A DNA stretch of 64,000 nucleotides, from the IMG/VR virus record IMGVR_UViG_3300045988_176686. The stretch is one strand, 5' to 3'. Below, in pieces: positions 16,718-24,687 of this stretch. Numbering within the stretch: position 1 is the first letter of the stretch; each line of letters opens with the position of its first letter. The stretch is from a virus. The notes beneath the pieces are model-generated. The model saw only the letters and a list, made by a program, of their open reading frames with translations, was not told the origin of the DNA and searched no databases. The translations under genes and the position numbers were made by a program.

Positions 16718-16759
16718 GATTAACTAAACACCCCATGCAACAACAACCTCACCAAATTT
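16718..16759 (+). repeat. direct repeat copy 2 (authentic terL leader and first 8 codons)
   Basis: 41 of 42 positions identical to 14956-14997. It contains the terL ATG at 16735. Confidence 0.9.
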
Positions 16760-18732
16760 ACCTCACGCGCTTTCAGCAACAATCGCTCTACATGGCTGCT
16801 AAGGATGAGCGAGTAATTGCTGCCCGCCGTGTGGGAAAGACCGACGGACTTGTGGCACCTTACGTGTGGATGGCAAGTCAGTCGATGCCGGGTATGCTTG
16901 GTGCTTGGGTGGCAGTGAGCCGACAGCAAGGCTTTGGCAAGACCATACCAAGCACGATGGCAGCTATGGAGCGCATGTTTGGCTTTGTGCAAGGCGTTCA
17001 CTTTGGGTGGGGACGTCCGCCTAAGCATGCCAAACCCAGCATTTTTAAGCCTAAGAATTACGACAACTATATTTGGTTTGCCAACGGAGCGGGGTGGGTG
17101 CTCATTTCGCTCTCGCAAACTGCCTCGGCAAACTCTTACACCTTCTCGGCTATGGTGGGCGACGAGGCACGTTTTTTTCCCTATAAAAAGGTGACGGACG
17201 AACTGATGCCTGCGCTTTCGGGTCAAACACACCCCTTGGGCGACATCGCGTTTTCCGACCACAATCCGCTCTACAAAAGCACGCGCTTCCTCTCTGATGC
17301 CTCGCTCACCACCAAAGGCTCATGGTTGGAACGCGAGGAGGAGAAGCTTGACCTCGAAATTGAAACAGGACAGTTCAAGGGCAAAACTTACCGATGGGTG
17401 CAGGAGCAACTGGAGGATTATGCCGACAAGATTATCCGCTACAACGACCTGCTGTATAATGCCCGCAAGTCGGGACACATTGTCCATGTGGTTCCCGATG
17501 AGATGCGCCAAGTGATGCGTGCCGTTGCACTGAAGATGATGCGCCATGAAGGGCAATTCCGCATCATGCCTAACCACGGACTGCATGTGACGCGAGCGAT
17601 GGTGACCATGGCGGTGAACTACCACCTTATTGACCCAAACGATGCCGAACTGATTTACGACTACGAATACCTCATTACGCCAGAGGAAGATTTTGAAATG
17701 CAGAAGTTCTTGCGTTCCAAAAAATTCTCTGAAGGTTATTTGCGCGAATTGCGTCGTGTGGCTTTTGTGGTGCGCAGAGCAAGCACCCTCTCGAATGTGG
17801 ATCTTCTTTCTGAGGATTACATCCGACAGATGAAGCGCGATCTTCCAGCCTACACGTTCATGGTCAGTATTATGAACGTAAAGATGCAAAAGTCGAACGA
17901 TGGTTTTTATAGCAACCTTGATATTGATCATGTGCATGGCTACATTCCAGAGGACGTTGATCCCCTAAGTCAAGCAAATTTCAGTACCCAAAAAGCAACG
18001 GGCATTGTGGACGGCAAACGCATTACAAGCGAAAGTTATCAGCCCGACTTTAAGGAACTGAGCGAGCGCAACGATTGCCGCATGGACTCTGACTGCCACA
18101 TGAGCGAACCTTTGTACCTTGCACTCGACTATAATGCCAACATCAATACGCTTGTGGTGGGACAGAAATATGAGCGCGATGGGGTAATGGCTCTCAATGT
18201 CATTAAGTCGTTCTATGTGAAGAACGAGCGCAAACTGCGCGAACTCATTCAAGACTTTTCGCGCTACTATGCTCCCAAACGTGCCATTTGTAGCGATGTG
18301 GTGTATTTTTACGACGCCACTGCCAAACAGGGTGCATCGTATGCCACCACCGACGAACGATTTTATATGGCGGTGATTAAGGAGTTGCAAGCCGCGGGGT
18401 GGACGGTGCGCGGCATCGACATGGGTGTGCCCGAACGTCACGACGTGAAGCACCGCCTTATTAACGAGGCTTTGGCGGGAGTTACATTCCCAGCCATACG
18501 CATTAACCAACCCAACAACCCCGACCTCATTATTGCCATGCAGCTGTGTGAGGTCAGCCTGTCGTATCGCGGTTTTCAAAAAGACAAGAGCCAAGAAAAG
18601 AAACCTGAGACTGAGGATAACCTACCCCTTCAGCAACGAACCGACTTTACCGATGCCTTCGATACGCTATGGTTAGGCGTGAAATACTTTATCGGTCGCT
18701 TCGGTTGGGCGTGGATGCCTGGGGGATATTAA
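16735..18732 (+). CDS. terL: terminase large subunit
   Basis: 665 aa from the ATG at 16735; the longer ORF from 16621 overlaps the methyltransferase gene. VIAARRVGKTDG is Walker A-like and AMVGDEARFF is Walker B-like. The C-terminal half has nuclease-type acidic motifs (LALDYNANINT, VYFYDATAKQG, FTDAFDTLW). Confidence 0.75.
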   Translation: MQQQPHQIYLTRFQQQSLYMAAKDERVIAARRVGKTDGLVAPYVWMASQSMPGMLGAWVAVSRQQGFGKTIPSTMAAMERMFGFVQGVHFGWGRPPKHAKPSIFKPKNYDNYIWFANGAGWVLISLSQTASANSYTFSAMVGDEARFFPYKKVTDELMPALSGQTHPLGDIAFSDHNPLYKSTRFLSDASLTTKGSWLEREEEKLDLEIETGQFKGKTYRWVQEQLEDYADKIIRYNDLLYNARKSGHIVHVVPDEMRQVMRAVALKMMRHEGQFRIMPNHGLHVTRAMVTMAVNYHLIDPNDAELIYDYEYLITPEEDFEMQKFLRSKKFSEGYLRELRRVAFVVRRASTLSNVDLLSEDYIRQMKRDLPAYTFMVSIMNVKMQKSNDGFYSNLDIDHVHGYIPEDVDPLSQANFSTQKATGIVDGKRITSESYQPDFKELSERNDCRMDSDCHMSEPLYLALDYNANINTLVVGQKYERDGVMALNVIKSFYVKNERKLRELIQDFSRYYAPKRAICSDVVYFYDATAKQGASYATTDERFYMAVIKELQAAGWTVRGIDMGVPERHDVKHRLINEALAGVTFPAIRINQPNNPDLIIAMQLCEVSLSYRGFQKDKSQEKKPETEDNLPLQQRTDFTDAFDTLWLGVKYFIGRFGWAWMPGGY

Positions 18733-18765
18733 ACATGAATGAATAACTAAACATAAATGCAGAAA

Positions 18766-18798
18766 AAGGGGAGCGCGTCATCACGACGAACTCCCCTT
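18766..18798. terminator. hairpin between convergent terL and GNAT genes
   Basis: AAGGGGAG (18766-18773) pairs with CTCCCCTT (18791-18798) as an 8-bp stem with a 17-nt loop, in a convergent intergenic region. Confidence 0.5.
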
Positions 18799-18839
18799 CA
18801 TTGCATATTTAATACCCTGATTAAATAAAGAGCTATACT

Positions 18840-19418
18840 TTACAATTCTTTTACCAGCAACGAACTGTGACGTCCAAATTCCTTTTCGTTATATCCAAGT
18901 CGCTCATACCATCGTAGCACCCATTCATCGGACTCGCGTCTGTCCCATTCCAAGCAAACGGTTTTGCAACCCATCTTCTTAGCTTCGCGTTCTGCCGTTT
19001 CAAGCAGTTTGCGGGCTACGCCTTGTTTACGATAAGGTTCATCTACCCATAGGGCATAAATCAGTGCGTCGGCTTTGCCTTCTATGCGGTTATCGTCAGC
19101 ATTCTTGTCGGGAATGCTTACTTGCACAGAGCTACGATGTATTCCGTCCACTATGAGTATTCGGTGTTCTTGATACCATTGTTGATGTAGCACCCTTTTG
19201 GTTTTCAGTTCAATCTTTGCAATAACATGTGCGGTATAATCTTCCCCCATTTCCCTCTCAACCATCGACATGATAGGCGAATGCTCTATGTGAGCAAGGG
19301 GAATGGGTTTCACTTCGGGTAGGTGACTATATTTGCTTTGATCGAAGATGCTATCTGAAATCACCGATATGGCAGCCGCTGCAAGCACGATGCAAATAAT
19401 CAGTACGATTGTAATCAT
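18840..19418 (-). CDS. GNAT-family N-acetyltransferase with an N-terminal membrane anchor
   Basis: LWVDEPYRKQGVARKLLETAEREAKKMG matches GNAT motif A (R/Q-x-x-G-x-A/G). The C-terminus WYERLGYNE is typical. The N-terminus MITIVLIICIVLAAAAISVI is hydrophobic. Confidence 0.8.
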   Translation of the reverse strand: MITIVLIICIVLAAAAISVISDSIFDQSKYSHLPEVKPIPLAHIEHSPIMSMVEREMGEDYTAHVIAKIELKTKRVLHQQWYQEHRILIVDGIHRSSVQVSIPDKNADDNRIEGKADALIYALWVDEPYRKQGVARKLLETAEREAKKMGCKTVCLEWDRRESDEWVLRWYERLGYNEKEFGRHSSLLVKEL

Positions 19419-19421
19419 TTT

Positions 19422-19649
19422 TTATTGTCTTCTAAATGATTTTACTATCCAAACTATACGACGAACTATCCCTATAGCAAAAAGGAAAGTCCATAACAGA
19501 ACTGCACGAGGAACGAGATAACAAACATCTTTTACAAAAGTATCTGAGTTGTGTAAATTGTTAACTATATCAAGGTCTTTTTCGCATTCTTCCAACACCT
19601 TCTCTCGTATTATAAATAATTTGCTATCTATTTCTTCTTTCCTGTTCAT
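19422..19649 (-). CDS. small membrane protein
   Basis: 75-aa ORF with a C-terminal hydrophobic helix (LLWTFLFAIGIV). It overlaps the upstream gene by 4 nt. Confidence 0.5.
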   Translation of the reverse strand: MNRKEEIDSKLFIIREKVLEECEKDLDIVNNLHNSDTFVKDVCYLVPRAVLLWTFLFAIGIVRRIVWIVKSFRRQ

Positions 19650-20263
19650 ATTCTATGTCCAATTTTACCTGCCTTACATTGTTTAATCCATTTTCTTAGC
19701 CAAGTTTTTTCTTTGATTGTGGCGGTATAAAATTGTGTGATATAGCCATAAGTGCAGCGGTAAGGTGCACGCTGCATTTCGCCATAGTACTTGTCAGCAA
19801 AGGCTATGTAATGAACTTCGCCATGCTCGTCAATATGATGAATTTGAACAAGCGAATTGTCTAAGGCTTTAACTATATCACCACAACGCACTTTGTCGGC
19901 ATCAACAGGAATGTTGGAAACTGCCTTTTTGTCTTTCTTTGACTTTGCCTTCACAATGCGCCATTTGCGTTTGCCTTGGCGAATGATGTGATATTTATTG
20001 CGATCGGGGTGTATCAGATAGCCACGCGTGCCAATACGTGGGTTAATTCTGCGATGACTCGGAAAGATGATGCGGTCTAAGTAGACGGGCACCCCCGTCT
20101 TAAATATTTCCTTAAAATTATCGCAAGCTTCAATCACCTGCAACCGCCAACCTTGGCGTCGTGCCAATTCAGTGAGCAACATTTCTTGATGATGCAATCT
20201 ATGATACATATTATCTACCCAAGGCTGACACTTACGTCTTAACTCTTTCAGCTTAATTTTCAT
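19646..20263 (-). CDS. hypothetical protein (C-terminal domain paralogous to 26885..27484)
   Basis: RCGDIVKALDNSLVQIHHIDEHGEVHYIAFADKYYGEMQRAPYRCTYGYITQFYTATIKEKTWLRKWIK aligns with NRGDIVHASDDSLVLIHHIGAEGEVYYEAYADNARGRLQDEPYTCHYGFITSCYPATEKQKRWLMNWIR. Confidence 0.65.
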   Translation of the reverse strand: MKIKLKELRRKCQPWVDNMYHRLHHQEMLLTELARRQGWRLQVIEACDNFKEIFKTGVPVYLDRIIFPSHRRINPRIGTRGYLIHPDRNKYHIIRQGKRKWRIVKAKSKKDKKAVSNIPVDADKVRCGDIVKALDNSLVQIHHIDEHGEVHYIAFADKYYGEMQRAPYRCTYGYITQFYTATIKEKTWLRKWIKQCKAGKIGHRI

Positions 20264-20490
20264 GTCATAAAAGCTTTATAAATCCAATAAAAAAATGTGC
20301 AGTGGTTTTAATTAGTTTTCCTTCTCATATCATGCGTCTGCACCAGCATCCGTTAATTACGTTGTACGGCCACCTCAGACATCGCGAACAAGGTGCGTCG
20401 GCTAATCACACGCCCTGTCGCGACGGAGGCAGGACTACGATCCTTTGGCCTTCGGGATAGTTATGCCTTGTGCGCCACGTGGCAGCGGAC

Positions 20491-20964
20491 TTAGGCGTCC
20501 AAGTTGCCACCACCTGGCTGCTGCGTGCCACCAGTTGATGATGAACCACCGCCACCATCGGTTGTGGGTTCGTCACCCTCGTTGTCCTTAGTCCACGAAG
20601 TCTTGGCAGTAGCCACGGCAGCATGCACTTCGGTGCTGGGGTAGAAGGCCACACCAATTTTGTGTTCCACACCCACTTGCTCGTCGGCAGTTTTAGTCCA
20701 TGCACCGCTGCAAGTAAAGCCAATGTTGCCGATACCCTTCAGTTCGACAGACTTACCTGCCGACAAGGTTTCCTGAATGGCATCGAGCATCAGTTCAAAA
20801 GCCATACGAAGCTCTGCCTTGTGCATGGTGGTGTTTTTACTTGCAGACGCAACGAGTGAGTCCATGTCTGCCTTACCGTTGGACTTTACGGTTGTACGAA
20901 AACCTACTTCCTTAGTTTGCGGATTGACGGTTTTCGTCTTTGAAAATTTGAGTGTCATTGCCAT
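20491..20964 (-). CDS. HU/IHF-like DNA-binding protein (tentative)
   Basis: 157 aa. The core HKAELRMAFELMLDAIQETLSAGKSVELKGIGNIGF resembles the HU-family helix-helix-strand core. It has a Gly/Ser-rich acidic tail. Confidence 0.45.
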   Translation of the reverse strand: MAMTLKFSKTKTVNPQTKEVGFRTTVKSNGKADMDSLVASASKNTTMHKAELRMAFELMLDAIQETLSAGKSVELKGIGNIGFTCSGAWTKTADEQVGVEHKIGVAFYPSTEVHAAVATAKTSWTKDNEGDEPTTDGGGGSSSTGGTQQPGGGNLDA

Positions 20965-21015
20965 AAATCAAAATGGTATTAACTCGTTAAACATATAGCA
21001 TATACCAAAACATGG

Positions 21016-21071
21016 TTTCGCGCGAAACTTTTTCAATCTTCGCGCGAAGTTTTGAAAATCTTCGCGCGAAA
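21016..21071. promoter_or_regulatory. operator-like array: three TTCGCGCGAA palindromes phased at 22 bp
   Basis: Perfect 10-bp palindromes at 21017-21026, 21039-21048 and 21061-21070. They lie between the -7 box at 21095-21102 and the ATG at 20964. Confidence 0.6.
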
Positions 21072-21094
21072 CTTGTTTTTCGTATGCTCACGGG

Positions 21095-21102
21095 CAAAGT
21101 TA
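21095..21102 (-). promoter_or_regulatory. Bacteroidota-type -7 box (TAACTTTG on the minus strand)
   Basis: Plus strand reads CAAAGTTA, about 130 nt upstream of the HU-like gene start. Confidence 0.4.
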
Positions 21103-21136
21103 CAAAAGGTCCTTTCGGTGGTACGGACAAAGTGTG

Positions 21137-21932
21137 TTACGCCTGGGGCTTGTAAGGATCGCACGTGCCGAGCAAATGCTTTGTGTCGTCGTTGTAGGGT
21201 ATGCACTGAAGCCAACAGGCGCTGACACAATCATACGGTGCATCTTCGTCTTTGCTAACAAACAAGTCGCATGTCCACATGTCATTATCTCCATCTCGCA
21301 CAAGCACCTCGTCAAAAGGCTCCAACTTGAACTGCGCAGCAGGCTTCTCATTCTTCTCTGGCACTGGTTCAACGCATTTCTTTTCGGCATTCCATTGCAA
21401 ATAATGCTCACTCAAGGATTTATTCATTTCAAACACTTCACAATCGCAAGCCGGCAGGCACCTAACTTCGCTCGCATGGGGGGTTATGAGAACAATGGAC
21501 AAGCCTTCCCGGCCGTACCACTTATCTGAATCAATTTCCATACAGGCATGGAAATGAATAAGGCCATCACTCCAGTCACATTTTTTGAAAATCATAATGT
21601 ATTTATTCGAATTTTCACGCCAGCTGTCGTACTCTTTCACCACCATTATGTCACCATTTTCAAACTGGGTTACGTCCCACTGGCGCAATACCTTTGACGG
21701 GAAAAGGAGGCATTCGCCATTGTCGGACACACAGTCCTTTTTACCGCAAAAACGGCCATATCCCGTAAATCTTACGTAACCTATTTCAGTATAGTCGTGA
21801 GTGCGGCAATAAATGAGGTCCTCGTCATCGTCTATATGTCGAGGAACAAATCACCACAAATAGGTGAATAGAGCTTTGTGCCTCTCGGTTGCTTTTTCAG
21901 AATGTCCGCAATGTTGATATTGTCTGTTGCCA
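21137..21932 (-). pseudogene. hypothetical protein, frameshifted (N-terminal domain paralogous to 26652..26888)
   Basis: The ATG at 21932 gives MATDNINIADILKKQPRGTKLYSPICGDLFLDI then a stop at 21831. The frame of ORF 21137..21730 is open upstream to about 21850 (FVPRHIDDDEDLIYCRTHDYTEIGYVRFTGYGRFCGKKDCVSDNGECLLFPSK). Together the two pieces align with MNIAEILRKCPKWTKLYSPVYGEVEL...ECMLFPSK of 26652..26888. Confidence 0.55.
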
Positions 21933-21976
21933 TAATGTTTATAATGTTTTTTTGGGGGGGGGTAGTTTTGTTGTCG

Positions 21977-22147
21977 TTATATCGTCACTTGTTTAATCAT
22001 AATCGGGCAGTCGCTCCCATTCGGTCTTGCGAAGTAACAAGCCTTGTGCATGTTTTGCATGTCTCGCTCCGTATGCGACAGGGCAAAGCGCAAACAAGCC
22101 TTGCGCTCCTTGCAGCCTTGCCCGTCGCATGATTTAATCTTGCTCAT
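21977..22147 (-). CDS. small Cys-rich protein (56 aa, below the ORF-track cutoff)
   Basis: The minus-strand ATG at 22147 gives MSKIKSCDGQGCKERKACLRFALSHTERDMQNMHKACYFARPNGSDCPIMIKQVTI. It overlaps the 3' end of 22134..22670 by 14 nt. Confidence 0.35.
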   Translation of the reverse strand: MSKIKSCDGQGCKERKACLRFALSHTERDMQNMHKACYFARPNGSDCPIMIKQVTI

Positions 22148-22670
22148 TTTCGTCAAGCTCTTTTATCAGTTGCTCGTAGCTCTTGGTGGTGCCTACCAAT
22201 CGTTCGGTAGCTTTGGATAGGGGGAGAACTTGTCGCCAAGTGTATTTGTGGCGTCCTGGACCGTAAAATAGCACATCACCATCAGTATTCTTTCCTGCAC
22301 AGGCCAAAACATTCCAAGGTCCATTATCGTCATCTCTCACCAAACAAGGTTGCCACTTTTGCGGCACAAAGTTGGAGTAGTTGCGGAAGTAGGTGGGGAC
22401 TTTAATATGGAGGTCTAAATCTGTATCCTTGGTAATATAATACATACCATTGCGCATAAACTCGCACACCCTTTCATGTCCATCTTTTATTTTCACCAAA
22501 GCTATTACGTTGGAGGGCGAGATAGGGCTTCTTTTATCCTCCCTATCTATGCAGATTATTCTTGCCTCGCGTCCGTCTCGCGTCACTATCTCTCCTTTCA
22601 CTTCCTTGTTGGTTATCTTCTTCGCCAATTCAAGGTCGAAAGGAATGCGTTTAAAAAATTGATTATTCAT
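22134..22670 (-). CDS. hypothetical protein (paralog of 27501..28274)
   Basis: FKRIPFDLELAKKITNKEVKGEIVTRDGREARIIC, KWQPCLVRDDDNGPWNVLACAGKN and LPLSKATERLVGTTKSYEQLI match FKRIPFNLALAKKITNKEVEGQIVTRNGLKARIVC, KWQPCLVRDDDDDIWGVLVCAGRN and LPISKVTQRLIGTTKSYEELI. Confidence 0.7.
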   Translation of the reverse strand: MNNQFFKRIPFDLELAKKITNKEVKGEIVTRDGREARIICIDREDKRSPISPSNVIALVKIKDGHERVCEFMRNGMYYITKDTDLDLHIKVPTYFRNYSNFVPQKWQPCLVRDDDNGPWNVLACAGKNTDGDVLFYGPGRHKYTWRQVLPLSKATERLVGTTKSYEQLIKELDENEQD

Positions 22671-22756
22671 TTTTTTATTGTTGATAGAATTTTAAGAATT
22701 GCATTTCAATAATGAATATTGATTACACAAGAACCGGCAATCAATATTCACTTTTG

Positions 22757-22993
22757 CTATTTACGTAAATTTCGATATTTGCCTTTGTTTATAGGCCAAA
22801 GCATGAATACGCAGAATGCAACGGCTGCAAACACGACAAAAAACATGGGCAACCAAACGGGCAGTGTGATCCACCACCACGACCACTGCACTACGCCAGT
22901 GAGTTTGAGCGTAAGCAGGATGTAGAACGGAATGCCACCAAGGAGGTAGAACTTGATGGGATTTACTGGGAATACTTTTTTTACGTTTTCCAT
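22757..22993 (-). CDS. small membrane protein
   Basis: 78-aa ORF with three hydrophobic helices. Its 5' part and leader are duplicated downstream (see the repeat at 22903..23439). Confidence 0.55.
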   Translation of the reverse strand: MENVKKVFPVNPIKFYLLGGIPFYILLTLKLTGVVQWSWWWITLPVWLPMFFVVFAAVAFCVFMLWPINKGKYRNLRK

Positions 22994-23439
22994 AAGTGTT
23001 TATGTTGTTAGAGTTCAATTAAGATTTTTATATGTTTCCACCCCACTATTGTGTGAATAGTGGGCGCAATGCCAAGGGGAGAGAAAACACGTCGCGAGTG
23101 TTCAAACCAACCATTATAGGGCGGGAAGTTTAGGCTACCCACTACAAAGGTGTGAAGAGTGCGGTTCATGGGGTAAGTTATAAAAGTTTGAGCGTGAGCA
23201 GAATGTAGAACGGAATGTCACCAAGGAGGTAGGACCTTATGGAGTTACGGATTTTTTTCCATAAGAGGGTATTTTTAGAGTTCAATTAAAATTTTTATGT
23301 GTAGATTTCCTCCCCCCATTGTGTGAATGGCTGGCGCAATGCCATGTGGAGAGAATACACGTCGAGATTGCTCAAACATTCTGTCGTAAGGTGGAAAGTT
23401 TAAGCTGCCCACTACAAGGGTGTGAAGGGTGCGGTTCAT
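22903..23439. repeat. imperfect tandem duplication (period 283 bp): leader plus 5' end of the small membrane gene
   Basis: 22903-23169 and 23186-23439 align at roughly 80-85% identity. The second copy retains only MEKNP-stop in place of MENVKKVFP.... Confidence 0.85.
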
Positions 23440-23687
23440 ACCTGATTCCACCAAGACAAAATAAGTTCACCGTGGGGTGTAGATTTTTCATAACCATACC
23501 GAAGTCTTAAAAACTTGGCTAATGTGTCTACATCGGGAAAAAGTTCCTCTGCATTCTCAATACGCACGCCTACTTGTCCTTTTGCACAAGCCTCGGTAAT
23601 ATACTTTTCTACTACGCTGAGTTGGTCTTTAAACCGCTCTTCGAGCACATCTAAACTCTTTTGTCGTGCTTCTTTTGCTGTAATCAT
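23436..23687 (-). CDS. hypothetical protein
   Basis: 83-aa ORF in the operon. Confidence 0.55.
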   Translation of the reverse strand: MITAKEARQKSLDVLEERFKDQLSVVEKYITEACAKGQVGVRIENAEELFPDVDTLAKFLRLRYGYEKSTPHGELILSWWNQV

Positions 23688-23707
23688 AATGGCTGGATTT
23701 TTAAAAA

Positions 23708-24184
23708 TTAGTGTTGCGTATTTTTCTTCAAGTGTTCAAAATCAGGAATAACCAATCTTAAAGTTTTTTCTCCTGGTCCATACGGATTGATAGCATCGAT
23801 GAACATAAATTTTGAATTTATTTGCTTTGCAAATGCTTTTATTCTTTTTATTTCGTCTTCGCGGTGGAAGCTAATGATGTGCATATTGTCATAGTCTAAC
23901 GCAAGCATACAATCGCGATGTTGCGCAAAATCGGGGAACGAATGCAGCATGCTGTTGTAATACTGGCAACCATGAATCCATTCGGGAATGAATGCTTGGG
24001 TGTAATGGTCGCCTTTCGCACCAATCACAAAATAGCATTCAAGCAAACGCTCGGCTGGGTAATAAGTCTTGGGTGCGAAGTAGAGCATTTTGCGCTCACC
24101 GTCCTCGTCGTAAAAAAGGCTATACACTTTGCCTTGGCTCAATACGCAAAAGTCGGCATCGCCTATCTTTACACCAGTTATCAA
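23708..24184 (-). CDS. hypothetical protein (probably longer at the N-terminus; see findings)
   Basis: 158-aa ORF with a TTG start in the track. The same frame stays open and protein-like upstream to about 24365 without an ATG. An ATG at 24374 lies in another frame. Confidence 0.6.
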   Translation of the reverse strand: MITGVKIGDADFCVLSQGKVYSLFYDEDGERKMLYFAPKTYYPAERLLECYFVIGAKGDHYTQAFIPEWIHGCQYYNSMLHSFPDFAQHRDCMLALDYDNMHIISFHREDEIKRIKAFAKQINSKFMFIDAINPYGPGEKTLRLVIPDFEHLKKNTQH

Positions 24185-24370
24185 AATGGGATGTTCGTTT
24201 TTTGCAATACATTCGCCTATCTTACTTAACTTGTATTTAGTGTCAAGTTGTTTCTCTAAACTTTCACATGCGTCTGATAACGCAGCATAACGCTCCTCTA
24301 ATTCTACGTACTCTTTTTCTTTCTCGCCTAATCGTCGAGTGAGCGCAGCGACTAAATTTTTTGTTTTCTA

Positions 24371-24574
24371 TCATTGCTTTTCTGAGTTAAGATCTCGGTT
24401 CATTTGTTCGTGGAATTTGTCTAAGTATCGTTCCTTTTCTTTTTCCTTGTCGTAGTCGTGAGCGCAAAGAACAGTTTTAGTATTACCAAAATCGCCTTTT
24501 ATGTAATGCTCACAATTAAAGCATACCAAAGAGCCGACTATCGCTTTTACACCATACGGGCAATCATATTCCAT
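24371..24574 (-). CDS. small zinc-ribbon-like protein
   Basis: 67 aa with CPYG...CFNCEHY...C spacing and a Lys/Glu-rich tail. Confidence 0.5.
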   Translation of the reverse strand: MEYDCPYGVKAIVGSLVCFNCEHYIKGDFGNTKTVLCAHDYDKEKEKERYLDKFHEQMNRDLNSEKQ

Positions 24575-24687
24575 ACGCTCAAACGTAGATTTTTCAAAAC
24601 GTGCAATGCGGCTTTCTGCCCCTTCAAGAAGAAAAGAAAGAGTATAGTACTCCTCGTCCGCTTCGTCAAGTCTTTTGTCGGCACATT

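Noticed and set aside
16621-16734. N-terminal extensions of track ORFs (16621 for terL, 53471 for the 598-aa protein, 62128 for the polyvalent-type protein, 57008, 45958, 48286, 29271)
   Set aside because: The extensions overlap upstream genes or promoter boxes and have Cys/Arg-rich junk composition. Internal ATGs sit right after the upstream stop, with A-rich leaders and plausible N-termini or signal peptides.
20406-20723. 105-aa minus-strand ORF overlapping the 3' end of the HU-like gene and extending into the GC-rich gap
   Set aside because: It is an alternative frame of a better-supported gene. Its Pro/Arg/Trp/Thr-rich composition is typical of off-frame translation.
23161-23170. GGTTCA(T) strings (23163 and 23433) that resemble a tRNA T-loop
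   Set aside because: No acceptor, D or anticodon arms can be folded around them. They are part of the duplicated leader unit and overlap the stop codon of 23436..23687. I saw no tRNA-like cloverleaf in any intergenic region.
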